This document shows positions 13,283 through 22,227 of a stretch of 56,872 nt of DNA, one piece after another. The DNA comes from a virus, in the IMG/VR virus record IMGVR_UViG_3300045988_079972, positions 1 to 56,872 of that record; one strand, given 5' to 3'. Position numbers and translations under genes: made by a program. Positions within the stretch are counted from its first letter, which is position 1; every line of letters begins with the position of its first letter. The notes below the pieces were generated by a model. It saw nothing but the letters and a program-made list of their open reading frames with translations. It had not been told where the DNA came from and did no database searches.

Positions 13283-13798
13283 ATGGATAATTTACAGCAA
13301 CACAAACAGCTTTTACAACAAATACATGATACATATTTCAAGAAAAATCATGATTATGGCGATAGCTTTAGTCGTTCATTTAAGAAATATGGATTAGTAG
13401 CGGCTATGGTTCGCATGGAAGATAAATGGAACAGACTTGATAATATGGCATCAGGAGCAGAACAGAAAGTTGCTGACGAAACTATAAGAGATACGCTGTT
13501 AGACCTTGCTGGATATTGCGTTATGACAACGATGGAACTGGACAGAGAGAAAGACAACGCAAATCAAAAAGCATTTGAAGAACAGGTTCGGGATGAATAT
13601 GCCGAAGTTTTTGGAGAAGATAACGAGAACGAAAAAGAAACAGATACTTCTAATAAAACATCAGCGGAAAAGAGTTCTATTGATGTAGGCAAGGTAATGG
13701 CTTTACATAATGCCAAATGGTCGCAGGCAAAAATTGCTGACGAAATGGGATGTTCACAAAGCATGGTATGTAAGATTATTAAAAAATATAAACAGTGA
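13283..13798 (+). CDS. DUF1599-like all-alpha (MazG/NTP-PPase-superfamily-like) domain fused to a C-terminal HTH
   Basis: KKNHDYGDSFSRSFKKYGLVAAMVRMEDKWNRLDNM...IRDTLLDLAGYCVMT, then an acidic linker, then KWSQAKIADEMGCSQSMVCKIIKKY. Confidence 0.55.
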   Translation: MDNLQQHKQLLQQIHDTYFKKNHDYGDSFSRSFKKYGLVAAMVRMEDKWNRLDNMASGAEQKVADETIRDTLLDLAGYCVMTTMELDREKDNANQKAFEEQVRDEYAEVFGEDNENEKETDTSNKTSAEKSSIDVGKVMALHNAKWSQAKIADEMGCSQSMVCKIIKKYKQ

Positions 13799-13817
13799 GG
13801 TAAATTTGAGGTGCAAT

Positions 13818-14039
13818 ATGTGTAAGTTTTGTAATAATAAAGCTAAACCTATAATTTCAAATGTAGAACAAGACGGCATAATGGACGAGAAAGTACAAGT
13901 TTTTCAAGCTACAATAAAAAGCAATGAATTGATGTTTGAAATAGTTTCTAATCACTTATCAACTTACTTTAATCTTACAACATTAAAAAAACAAATATCT
14001 TATTGCCCTATGTGTGGCGAAAAATTGAGAGAGGACTAA
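13818..14039 (+). CDS. Zn-ribbon miniprotein (paralogue A)
   Basis: Start ATG 13818 (RBS gaggtgcaat); MCKFCNN...YCPMCGEKL. Confidence 0.6.
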   Translation: MCKFCNNKAKPIISNVEQDGIMDEKVQVFQATIKSNELMFEIVSNHLSTYFNLTTLKKQISYCPMCGEKLRED

Positions 14040-14041
14040 GT

Positions 14042-14260
14042 ATGTGTGAATTTTGTGACAAATATCATTCACAAAAAGGAATGATAACGGGAAAAGAAAT
14101 TGCAATCAATAAATGCGCAACAGAAACGGATTTGAAAGATTGCCAAGTATATCTTCATGGCGAAGATAATCCGTCAATCATTATTTGGGGTAAGAACGGA
14201 ATAGCGAGAGGATATTTTGAGATTGTGTTTTGCCCTATTTGCGGTAGAAAGTTGGTGTAG
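14042..14260 (+). CDS. Zn-ribbon miniprotein (paralogue B)
   Basis: Start ATG 14042; MCEFCDK...FCPICGRKL; same architecture as 13818-14039. Confidence 0.6.
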   Translation: MCEFCDKYHSQKGMITGKEIAINKCATETDLKDCQVYLHGEDNPSIIIWGKNGIARGYFEIVFCPICGRKLV

Positions 14261-14262
14261 TA

Positions 14263-14532
14263 ATGGCAGAACCTTTAAGTAAATTAGCAGAAAAATGTAA
14301 AAGTTGCCCTAAATCTGAAAAATGCGACCATAAAAGAATGGAGTTATGCGCTTTAGCGGATTTGCCACCGCAAAATCTTGCAAGTGCTACACAAGGTATT
14401 TTGATAGACAATATGTCACCTATATTGAGGGAAGAAATAAAAAGCCCTTTAAGTCCGTTTAGGTACAAAGACGAATTAGAAAAAGCACTAAATGATTTCC
14501 ATTTTGGGAATATGTTTATGCATGGTGCTTAG
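14263..14532 (+). CDS. Hypothetical protein
   Basis: 89 aa, tightly packed with its neighbours. Confidence 0.55.
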   Translation: MAEPLSKLAEKCKSCPKSEKCDHKRMELCALADLPPQNLASATQGILIDNMSPILREEIKSPLSPFRYKDELEKALNDFHFGNMFMHGA

Positions 14533-14547
14533 AAAGCTGGTAAAAGA

Positions 14548-14802
14548 ATGAATGAATTTTTAAAATTTTTTGACGATAAAGCAAAAGACTTTCCAATGCA
14601 TCTTGAAATTACTTATAGTAAAATATGTGATTGGAATATTTTGATTTATAAAAGAGGCTGCGCTGATGATTACCCTAAAGCTAGGTGTAATGGCGAAGAT
14701 GTAATAATTGTTGATGAAAGTAGTTGCGACATGGAGTTTTGCTTTGCTAAAGCGCATGTAAAACTGAAAGAATGGCTTTTGGAATTTAATGGCGGATATT
14801 AA
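14548..14802 (+). CDS. Hypothetical protein
   Basis: 84 aa; the junction agctggtaaaagaATGAA is repeated at 14801-14820. Confidence 0.55.
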   Translation: MNEFLKFFDDKAKDFPMHLEITYSKICDWNILIYKRGCADDYPKARCNGEDVIIVDESSCDMEFCFAKAHVKLKEWLLEFNGGY

Positions 14803-14814
14803 GCTGGTGGAAGA

Positions 14815-15120
14815 ATGAAACAAGAATTGCATATTTGCGACCGGTGCGGTGCAGAGATAAATATTCCAAAAGAGAAAAAATGGTATGATTGTATAACACC
14901 ACATTTAAGAAGAATGAAACTTAAAAAACCGGTTAGCTTGAGAGAGTATGAAACAAACATTCGTCAAAACATTGTTTTACCGGAACCAGAGCTAAATCAA
15001 ATTGATAGTATCAGAATTAAAGAATATTATTGTGATGAATTAAAAGACTTTGATTTATGCCATAAGTGCAGGAAAGATTTTGAGAGGTTTATGAGCAATG
15101 AGCATGGCAGATGTAATTAA
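14815..15120 (+). CDS. Zn-ribbon protein
   Basis: 101 aa; CDRCGAE...CHKCRKDF. Confidence 0.55.
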   Translation: MKQELHICDRCGAEINIPKEKKWYDCITPHLRRMKLKKPVSLREYETNIRQNIVLPEPELNQIDSIRIKEYYCDELKDFDLCHKCRKDFERFMSNEHGRCN

Positions 15121-15424
15121 ATCAATAGAGTGTGGAGCGTTTAGAGAGATACAGCCGCATAAAATAGGTGGTAGAAACGGTGAGCCTATAGATTGTTCCA
15201 CTTTAGAAGATGAACCTGTTATTGTGGCAGATAATGAAGCAGACAGACAAAAATTTTATGAATGTTTTTATAAGCAAGAGCCTATTGAGCCTAATAACAA
15301 AAAATGTAACCTGACCTTTTGCCGATATAATACAGACATGGAATGTACTAATGACGAAAAGAGAGAAGAATGTGTTGAAGTTTCAAGAAAGGTGTTGTTC
15401 ATAAATGAAGAAAACAAGAAGTAA
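15098..15424 (+). CDS. Hypothetical Cys-rich protein carrying a TerL-like YKQEPIE segment
   Basis: 108 aa; nt 15262-15290 are 26/29 identical to terL nt 17143-17171. Confidence 0.5.
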   Translation: MSMADVIKSIECGAFREIQPHKIGGRNGEPIDCSTLEDEPVIVADNEADRQKFYECFYKQEPIEPNNKKCNLTFCRYNTDMECTNDEKREECVEVSRKVLFINEENKK

Positions 15425-15647
15425 AATAATCATTAAAACAAGAGCTGGCGGTTACACAAAGATTTATGCCAATGGAAAATGGCAGAAGAAAGTATGTGTC
15501 ATTGACTATCACGCAGAATGTAGTAACAAAGGTGGTATAAAGGTTACTTGCGAATTTGATAGACTGAAAACTGATAAAAATGGTTCAGTTATCTACGATG
15601 AAGCTAAAAAAGATTTTGCAAAAGAACACATAGTTGCAAGGATTTAG
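15405..15647 (+). CDS. Hypothetical basic protein
   Basis: 80 aa, overlaps the upstream gene. Confidence 0.5.
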   Translation: MKKTRSKIIIKTRAGGYTKIYANGKWQKKVCVIDYHAECSNKGGIKVTCEFDRLKTDKNGSVIYDEAKKDFAKEHIVARI

Positions 15648-15658
15648 GGGGCGAGATT

Positions 15659-15940
15659 ATGAAGAAGAAAATTATAGCAGTTGTATTAGGATTAACATTG
15701 TGTTTTGGAATGACTGGATGTGCGTCATGGGACAGAGCGGTAACAGATATGAAAAGTGATGTAAATGGCGGTATGCAAAGAACAATTACTGTATACACGG
15801 CAGATGGTAAAGAACTTGCAACATATGAGGGCAAAATTGACCTTAGCACAAACGATGGTGGATATGTCAAGTTTGACTTTAATGGCAAGAGATATATCTA
15901 CTACAACTGCTTTGTAGAAAGCATTGCAGATATTGATTAA
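15659..15940 (+). CDS. Putative lipoprotein
   Basis: MKKKIIAVVLGLTLCFGMTGC: signal peptide plus lipobox Cys; RBS gggggcgagattATG. Confidence 0.7.
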   Translation: MKKKIIAVVLGLTLCFGMTGCASWDRAVTDMKSDVNGGMQRTITVYTADGKELATYEGKIDLSTNDGGYVKFDFNGKRYIYYNCFVESIADID

Positions 15941-16005
15941 GTGATTTTACCGGCTACAGATTGAATGTAGTCGCTACCCTAAAACAGTTATAGGCAGAGG
16001 TCTAT

Positions 16006-16041
16006 AAGCACCTTTGCCACAGAAAGCGAGGTGCTTTTTTT
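16006..16041 (+). terminator. Terminator-like hairpin overlapping the terL translation start
   Basis: AAGCACCT(16006-16013)/AGGTGCTT(16029-16036) followed by a T-run; the 3' arm contains the terL RBS GAGGTG and GTG 16031. Confidence 0.6.
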
Positions 16042-17764
16042 GGCATCTAAATATCTTAAAGAAACAATTCAAAGTTACGAAAAATACATAGAGAAAAATG
16101 GAATAGATGAAAGTGTTATTGATGCATACATAGAGGCGGCAGGAGTGGCAATAAATACAGAAAAGGATATTCAGTATGGATTGCAACTTGCAAAGCGTTC
16201 TAAGGGATTTGTAGAGCGTTTTTGCATGAAAAAAACAGGCGGCACAATATGGAAATTGGAAAAGTATGCGTTTGAGAATAAAGTTGAGTATGATTTAATT
16301 GATAAATATTATAAACCAACATTATATGAAGCTCAAAACAAAATTGTAGACAGTTATTTTCAGTACATAGAGAGAAAAAGAGAGCCTAAAGACAGATTTT
16401 ATATGCCACGAAGAAAGCAATTAGTAAAAATTGGGCTTATTGATGCATTACAAGGCATGATTGATGATAAATACGATATTTTGTGTGTCAGCTTAGTGCC
16501 GGGTGCTGGGAAAAGTACGGTTGAAAAGTTTTTTCATTCGGGCATAGCTGGTTGGTTTCCGAAAGATTATAGTTTGTTTTATTCTCATAGCGGTGATATT
16601 ACACGGATGTATTATGATGGCGTTTACGACATTGTGACAAATGACGAGGAATATGCATGGCATGAAATATTTCCAAAACTTTCAGTAACAAGCACAAATG
16701 CAAAGATGGAACAGTTTAACATAGGGAAATATAAACCGTTTCCAAGCGTACAATGCACATCTGTAGGAAGTAAAAATGCTGGTAAAGTCCGTGCGAGTAA
16801 ATTTTTACTTGTAGATGATATGATAGGCGGTATCGAGGAAGCCTTAAATCCAGTTATTCTTGATAAACTATGGAATAAGTATGCAGTAGACGCAAGACAG
16901 CGTAAAACACAAGACACGGACGGAAAGCCGTGCAAGGAGATACACATTGCTACTCGTTGGAGCGTACATGATGTTATTGGAAGAATACAAAATATGTATG
17001 AGGAAAATCCGAGGGTTAAAGTGATTGCAGTACCGGATGTTGACCCGGTTACAGGAGAAAGCAATTTTAATTACGAATATGGGGGCTTTACAAAAGAGTT
17101 CTTTGCAGACCAACAACTTTTAATGGATGAAATCTCTTATAGATGTTTGTATAAGCAAGAACCCATTGAGCGTGAGGGATTATTGTTTCCTGACGACAAA
17201 ATACGCAGATACCTTAATTTACCACACGGAGAACCGGAGATTATTACAGGACAATGTGATACAAAAGGAAAAGGAACGGATTATTTCGTATTACCGGTTC
17301 TTCAAAAGTATGGGGATGATTATTATTGCGTTGATTGCGTATGTGATAATACAGCGGACTATGAAGCACAATACAGAAACGCAGCGGGTGTGCTTGTAAA
17401 TAATAAAGTACAAGAATGTGAATTTGAGCGTAACGCTGGTGGAGACAGAGTTGCAATGGAAGTTAATAAGCGTGTTGAGAGTGTCGGATGGATATGTAAC
17501 ATCACTGACACCCCAACGGAAACAAATAAGGAAGCAAGGATATTCCAATGTTCTAACTGGATATTACAGCATATTATTTTTAAAGACGCATCACTTTATA
17601 AGCCTAATGAGCCATATGGAGTAATGATGTCATTATTAAAGCAGTATTCGGTGTCGAGTAAAAAACAATTAGATGATGTACCGGATGTTTTTTCAAACTT
17701 TGCATTAAGAATGACAAAAGGAAACAGAATAAAAAAGACAGTAATTATGTCAAGTCCAATATAA
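16031..17764 (+). CDS. terL: Terminase large subunit
   Basis: 577 aa; Walker A-like SLVPGAGKST, Walker B-like FLLVDDMIGG, C-terminal nuclease-type region. Start uncertain (GTG 16031 or TTG 16040). Confidence 0.85.
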   Translation: MLFLASKYLKETIQSYEKYIEKNGIDESVIDAYIEAAGVAINTEKDIQYGLQLAKRSKGFVERFCMKKTGGTIWKLEKYAFENKVEYDLIDKYYKPTLYEAQNKIVDSYFQYIERKREPKDRFYMPRRKQLVKIGLIDALQGMIDDKYDILCVSLVPGAGKSTVEKFFHSGIAGWFPKDYSLFYSHSGDITRMYYDGVYDIVTNDEEYAWHEIFPKLSVTSTNAKMEQFNIGKYKPFPSVQCTSVGSKNAGKVRASKFLLVDDMIGGIEEALNPVILDKLWNKYAVDARQRKTQDTDGKPCKEIHIATRWSVHDVIGRIQNMYEENPRVKVIAVPDVDPVTGESNFNYEYGGFTKEFFADQQLLMDEISYRCLYKQEPIEREGLLFPDDKIRRYLNLPHGEPEIITGQCDTKGKGTDYFVLPVLQKYGDDYYCVDCVCDNTADYEAQYRNAAGVLVNNKVQECEFERNAGGDRVAMEVNKRVESVGWICNITDTPTETNKEARIFQCSNWILQHIIFKDASLYKPNEPYGVMMSLLKQYSVSSKKQLDDVPDVFSNFALRMTKGNRIKKTVIMSSPI

Positions 17765-17777
17765 GAGGAGGATATTT

Positions 17778-18212
17778 ATGGTAACAAAGGAAGTTTTGTC
17801 ACAGTATTCAGACTTACAGGAAGAAGTAAAAGAAGTAAGGCTAAAGATAGAACGACTTGAAAAAGATATAAGTAAAATCGAAGCCGGAGAAAGGGTTATA
17901 GATTCTGTTAGCGGCGGCAATGGTGGCAAACAGCATTTTAAGATTGAGGGCATACCATTTCCAGAGTACAGTAGGAAGAAAACACTTCTCTATGCAAGAA
18001 AAGCCACATTACAGTTGCTTGAAGATGATTTATTGGAAAAAACAAATGAGGTTGAACAATTCATCGCAAGTGTTGATGATAGTAGAATAAGAAGAATAAT
18101 CAATCTTAGATTTTTAGAAAATAAATCATGGAATGAAGTAGCTGATTGCATAGGCGGTGGAAATACTGAGGATAGTGTAAGAAAAAGTTTTACAAGATTT
18201 TTTGAAAAATAG
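17778..18212 (+). CDS. Sigma-70 region-4-like / RinA-ArpU-type small transcription regulator
   Basis: 144 aa; N-terminal coiled coil; C-terminal IRRIINLRFLENKSWNEVADCIGGGNTEDSVRKSFTRF. Confidence 0.55.
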   Translation: MVTKEVLSQYSDLQEEVKEVRLKIERLEKDISKIEAGERVIDSVSGGNGGKQHFKIEGIPFPEYSRKKTLLYARKATLQLLEDDLLEKTNEVEQFIASVDDSRIRRIINLRFLENKSWNEVADCIGGGNTEDSVRKSFTRFFEK

Positions 18213-18300
18213 CAAGTTGTCCGATATGTCCGCTTTTATTAGTTTATTATTATATTGAGCAAAAGCAAACTTCATAAACATAAAACAACCCTTTATCAGA

Positions 18301-18335
18301 AAAACACCGTTGCTTAATTGTAGCAGTGTTTTTGT
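18301..18335 (+). terminator. Terminator-like hairpin plus T-run inside the packaging module
   Basis: AAACAC...GTGTTT stem with inner TGCT/AGCA pairs, then tttttgtt. Confidence 0.5.
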
Positions 18336-18354
18336 TATGTAACGAGGTGGAAAT

Positions 18355-18564
18355 ATGAATTTTTATATGAATAAAGATAAATCAATCATGTGTCCGAACT
18401 GCCGTAAGTTCTTAACTAAGGCAGACAGCAAAGACCCACGGACACATAAGTTAGCGTGTAAACATTGCTACAAATGGATTTGGTATGTGCCTAACAATAA
18501 TAGTAATTTTCAAATTAAGGAAATACCGGATAGCAGAACTTCAAGCGGTATGAGATTTTATTAG
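18355..18564 (+). CDS. Zn-finger miniprotein, Mu Com-like (tentative)
   Basis: 69 aa; CPNCRKFLTKAD...CKHCYKW; RBS cgaggtggaaatATG. Confidence 0.4.
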   Translation: MNFYMNKDKSIMCPNCRKFLTKADSKDPRTHKLACKHCYKWIWYVPNNNSNFQIKEIPDSRTSSGMRFY

Positions 18565-18575
18565 AGGTGTAGATA

Positions 18576-20168
18576 ATGCAGACAGGAAGAATTGTTATTT
18601 ATACAGGTGCAAAAGAAATAACATCTGACAACATAATACCAATTTTGCGTGAAGCAATTTTGGAACATGATATTAATTCCAACAGAATACAGTTTCTTCT
18701 TGATTATGATGCAGGAATACAACCAATAGTTAGGAAGAATCCAAAGACTTACAGACCAGATATCAATTGTTCATGTTGCGATAATGTGGCAAATGAAGCT
18801 ACGGAGTTTGCGCTCGGGTTCAAGTGGGGGAACCCTATAACACTGGTACAAAATGGTGATAACGAAGACCCTAACCTCGCAAAAGCTATAGCGGAATTAA
18901 ACAGTTGTTACGAATCGCAGAACGCAAGACAGAAGCAACAGGAACTTGCAAGATATGTTGAAATCGGCGGTGTTGGATATGTCCTTATTGATGTGAATAC
19001 AGAATATGAGGATGGGGAAAGCTATTTTACATATAATGTATTAGACCCAAGAACAACATTTGTTGTAAGGTCAACAGCTTATAGTGATAAGAGGGTTATT
19101 CTTGCAGGTACTTACATCAAAGACAAACATAGCGGTACAAGATACTACACTTGTTTTACCAAAGATACGCGGTATGAAATTACTGACGGAATAAAAATCA
19201 CTAACGGAAAAAGTAAAGGCAAAACAAAATGGGGGTTTTTAGAGAGAAGTGGAGAAGAAAACCCACTGCATAAAATTCCTATCATTGAATACACAAGGTC
19301 ATTCGACAGAATGGGGTGTTTTGAACGGCAAATATCTGAAATGGATAATTTAAACCTACTCATTTCAGACTTTACAAATGATGTCGAGCAGAATACACAG
19401 GCGGTGTGGCATACAAATGATGTTGATTTCCCAGTTGAACAGGAAACAACAGTTGATAAAGATGGAACTCAACGCATTACTGAAAAAGTAAGGAAACCAA
19501 AATCCGGAGAATGGATGCAGACATATACATCAGCAGATGGCAAAACTCCAATAGTTGAGCCGCTTGCAATCAATTATGATTACACAGGTATGCTTAACAA
19601 TATCCAATCAAGGCGACAGATAATCTTACAGAAATGCAATGTGCCACAACGAAATGATAGCAGCGGCGGTAGTACAGGAGTTGCAATGTCAGACGCTACA
19701 GGCTGGTCGCAGGCTGAAACAGCGGCGGCAAAACAGCAATTAATTACAGATGGCTGCAAAATGGAAGAGATAAAAGTTGTTCTTGCAGCTATCAAGCTGT
19801 CAAACAATGTTAATAGCAGCAACCCATTACTTAAGTTAAGGGCAAGAGATGTAAAGCCTAACATTAAGCGACAAAAAACTTATGAAATGTCAACCAAGGT
19901 TAATGCCATGGCAACATTGATAAGCCACGGATTTAGTCTTAAAGATACAGTTGATGCAATTCCATTCTTTGATGACCCTAACGATGTTGTAGCGAGAAGT
20001 GGAAAAATGGTTAAGGCATATCAAGACAGTATAATCAACAAAGATACACAGAACCAAGCAGAGGGCGGAGATGGGGAACAACCACCTAATAAAGACCGCA
20101 CAATGCAAGACTTATCAGACCAGACAGAAAATAGTCCGGTTATAGATAAGAACAGAACAGATAAATAA
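18576..20168 (+). CDS. Portal protein (SPP1 gp6-like)
   Basis: 530 aa, follows terL; LLDYDAGIQPIVRKNPKTYRPDINCSCCDNVANEATEFALGFKWGNPI matches the portal N-terminal signature. Confidence 0.85.
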   Translation: MQTGRIVIYTGAKEITSDNIIPILREAILEHDINSNRIQFLLDYDAGIQPIVRKNPKTYRPDINCSCCDNVANEATEFALGFKWGNPITLVQNGDNEDPNLAKAIAELNSCYESQNARQKQQELARYVEIGGVGYVLIDVNTEYEDGESYFTYNVLDPRTTFVVRSTAYSDKRVILAGTYIKDKHSGTRYYTCFTKDTRYEITDGIKITNGKSKGKTKWGFLERSGEENPLHKIPIIEYTRSFDRMGCFERQISEMDNLNLLISDFTNDVEQNTQAVWHTNDVDFPVEQETTVDKDGTQRITEKVRKPKSGEWMQTYTSADGKTPIVEPLAINYDYTGMLNNIQSRRQIILQKCNVPQRNDSSGGSTGVAMSDATGWSQAETAAAKQQLITDGCKMEEIKVVLAAIKLSNNVNSSNPLLKLRARDVKPNIKRQKTYEMSTKVNAMATLISHGFSLKDTVDAIPFFDDPNDVVARSGKMVKAYQDSIINKDTQNQAEGGDGEQPPNKDRTMQDLSDQTENSPVIDKNRTDK

Positions 20169-20295
20169 TTGATATTAAGCCACAGGATAGAAAATGCCTT
20201 GTGGCTTTTTTATATGCCCTAGAGAAAGGGCAATACAAATATCGCAAGAAGTTGAGAGAACAACAAAAAACGCAGAAAGCAGAGGTAAAGAAATT

Positions 20296-20874
20296 ATGGC
20301 AGATGTAACTAACACAACAACAGAACCAACAACTAATAATGAACCACAGAACGAAGAGCAGACACCTAGCGTAGAAGAGCTTATGGCACAGCTTGCTAGT
20401 GAAAGAGCTGAAAAAGAGAAGTATAAGAACGCTTCCGATAAAGCCAGTTCAGAAGCAGCTAAGTACAAGAAAGAACTTCGCTCAAAGCAGACAGCAGAAG
20501 AACAGGAAGCAGAAGCAAAGGCGGAAGCTGAAAAGTTGCAGGCTGAAAAGTTCGAGAACATGAGCAAAGAACTTAATCACATGAAAGCTGTTAACGCTTA
20601 TCAGACAGTTATAGGAGATGGAAAGGATATTGATTCTTTGATTGAGGCAGTTGCAGATGCAGACCATAGCCTTATAGCAACTGTAATTGCCAATGAAGTG
20701 CAAAGACAGGTTAAAGAAGCTAAGGCAGAGTGGCTTAAGTCAAGACCGGCTATTAATGCAGGCGGTGGAGAAGAAAGCACGATAACACAGGAACAGTTTA
20801 ACAAGATGAATTACCACGAAAGAGTGGAGTTCAAAAATAAGAATCCAGAACTTTATAAGAAGTTTACAGAGTAG
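20296..20874 (+). CDS. Capsid scaffolding protein (DUF4355-like)
   Basis: Start ATG 20296; coiled-coil, Glu/Lys/Ala-rich; lies between portal and capsid genes. Confidence 0.7.
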   Translation: MADVTNTTTEPTTNNEPQNEEQTPSVEELMAQLASERAEKEKYKNASDKASSEAAKYKKELRSKQTAEEQEAEAKAEAEKLQAEKFENMSKELNHMKAVNAYQTVIGDGKDIDSLIEAVADADHSLIATVIANEVQRQVKEAKAEWLKSRPAINAGGGEESTITQEQFNKMNYHERVEFKNKNPELYKKFTE

Positions 20875-20894
20875 AAAATGGAGGTAAATAAACT

Positions 20895-21926
20895 ATGCCA
20901 CAGACTAAGTTAACAAATTTAGTAGACCCACAGGTGATGGCTGATATGGTATCAGCTAAGTTACCAAAGAAGATTAAGTTCTCACCTATCGCAAGAGTTG
21001 ATACAACACTTGTAGGCAGACCGGGAAGCACAATCGTTGTGCCAAAGTATGCTTATATTGGCGACGCAGAAGATGTAGCAGAAGGTGTTGCTATGGGTAC
21101 AACAGTACTTACAACATCTACAACAGAAGCAAAAGTTAAGAAAGCAGGTAAGGCAGTAGAACTTACAGATGAATCAGTGTTATCTGGTTATGGCGACCCA
21201 CTTGGTACAGCTATTAATCAGATTGCTATGTCAATCGCTGCAAAGGTTGATAATGACAGCTATGACGCACTTTGCACAGCACCTATTGATTACAATGGAA
21301 CAGCAACACCTATCAGCTATTCAGCAGTTGTAGCAGCTAATAGCAAATTTGATGATGAATCAGATTCATCACTTACAAAGATATTATTCATCAATCCGGC
21401 ACAGGAAGCCACATTGCTTAATGACGCTGATTTCAAGAGCAATGACAAGTACCCACTTAATGTAATTATGAATGGTACTATCGGTTCTATTGCAGGAGCA
21501 CAGGTTGTTAAGTCTAAGAAAGTTAAGCTGGTTAAGTATGAGCTTGATGATTCAACAGGAACAATCAATGTTGTAGCTGATACAACAAGTGAGGATTCAA
21601 CTAATGTTCATCTTGACACAGCACTTGCACATACACTTAAGTCAAAGGACAAGGAAATCAAGGTAGGTAGCAAGTTAAAGGCTGTTACAACAGAGTTCTA
21701 CGCTTGTCCTATTGTTATCGTATCAGCAGAAGACCCTAACGAGGACACAGGTGCAGATGGCGTATCGGAGGAAGAGAACGCACTTACAATCTATATGAAG
21801 AGAAGCGTTGAGATTGAATCGGACAGAGATATTCTTGCAAAGACAACTGTTATCTCTGGTGATGAGCACTATACAGCAGTCTTAAGCAATGATTCAAAGG
21901 TTGTTCTTGCTAAGTTCGGAAAGTAA
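20895..21926 (+). CDS. Major capsid protein (HK97 fold, N4-gp56-like family)
   Basis: 343 aa, RBS ggaggtaaataaactATG; position after the scaffold; N-terminal LTNLVDPQVMADMVSAKL pattern. Confidence 0.8.
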   Translation: MPQTKLTNLVDPQVMADMVSAKLPKKIKFSPIARVDTTLVGRPGSTIVVPKYAYIGDAEDVAEGVAMGTTVLTTSTTEAKVKKAGKAVELTDESVLSGYGDPLGTAINQIAMSIAAKVDNDSYDALCTAPIDYNGTATPISYSAVVAANSKFDDESDSSLTKILFINPAQEATLLNDADFKSNDKYPLNVIMNGTIGSIAGAQVVKSKKVKLVKYELDDSTGTINVVADTTSEDSTNVHLDTALAHTLKSKDKEIKVGSKLKAVTTEFYACPIVIVSAEDPNEDTGADGVSEEENALTIYMKRSVEIESDRDILAKTTVISGDEHYTAVLSNDSKVVLAKFGK

Positions 21927-21937
21927 GAGGTGCTTAT

Positions 21938-22216
21938 ATGTTATTAAGACGACATAAAATCAACGCCGCAAAGCAGAGCGAAGAAGTAACAGCAGACAAT
22001 GTAAGACAGGAAGCTGTTTATGGAGATGAGCTTAAGTATGAGGAAGAGCAGGACAAGTTCCCTACTCAACCTACAAACGATTACACAAAGACAGCTATTA
22101 AACGTATGCCAACAGCGGACTTACAGACACTTGCCTTAGAACAAGGTATTGAGAACGCAATGGAGCTTACAGGAGCAGAACTTAAAGAACTGTTAATTGA
22201 GAAATTAATGTTATAG
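21938..22216 (+). CDS. Hypothetical head-module protein with C-terminal Rho-N/SAP-like motif
   Basis: 92 aa; TADLQTLALEQGIENAMELTGAELKELLIEKL. Confidence 0.5.
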   Translation: MLLRRHKINAAKQSEEVTADNVRQEAVYGDELKYEEEQDKFPTQPTNDYTKTAIKRMPTADLQTLALEQGIENAMELTGAELKELLIEKLML

Positions 22217-22227
22217 GAGCTGAAATT

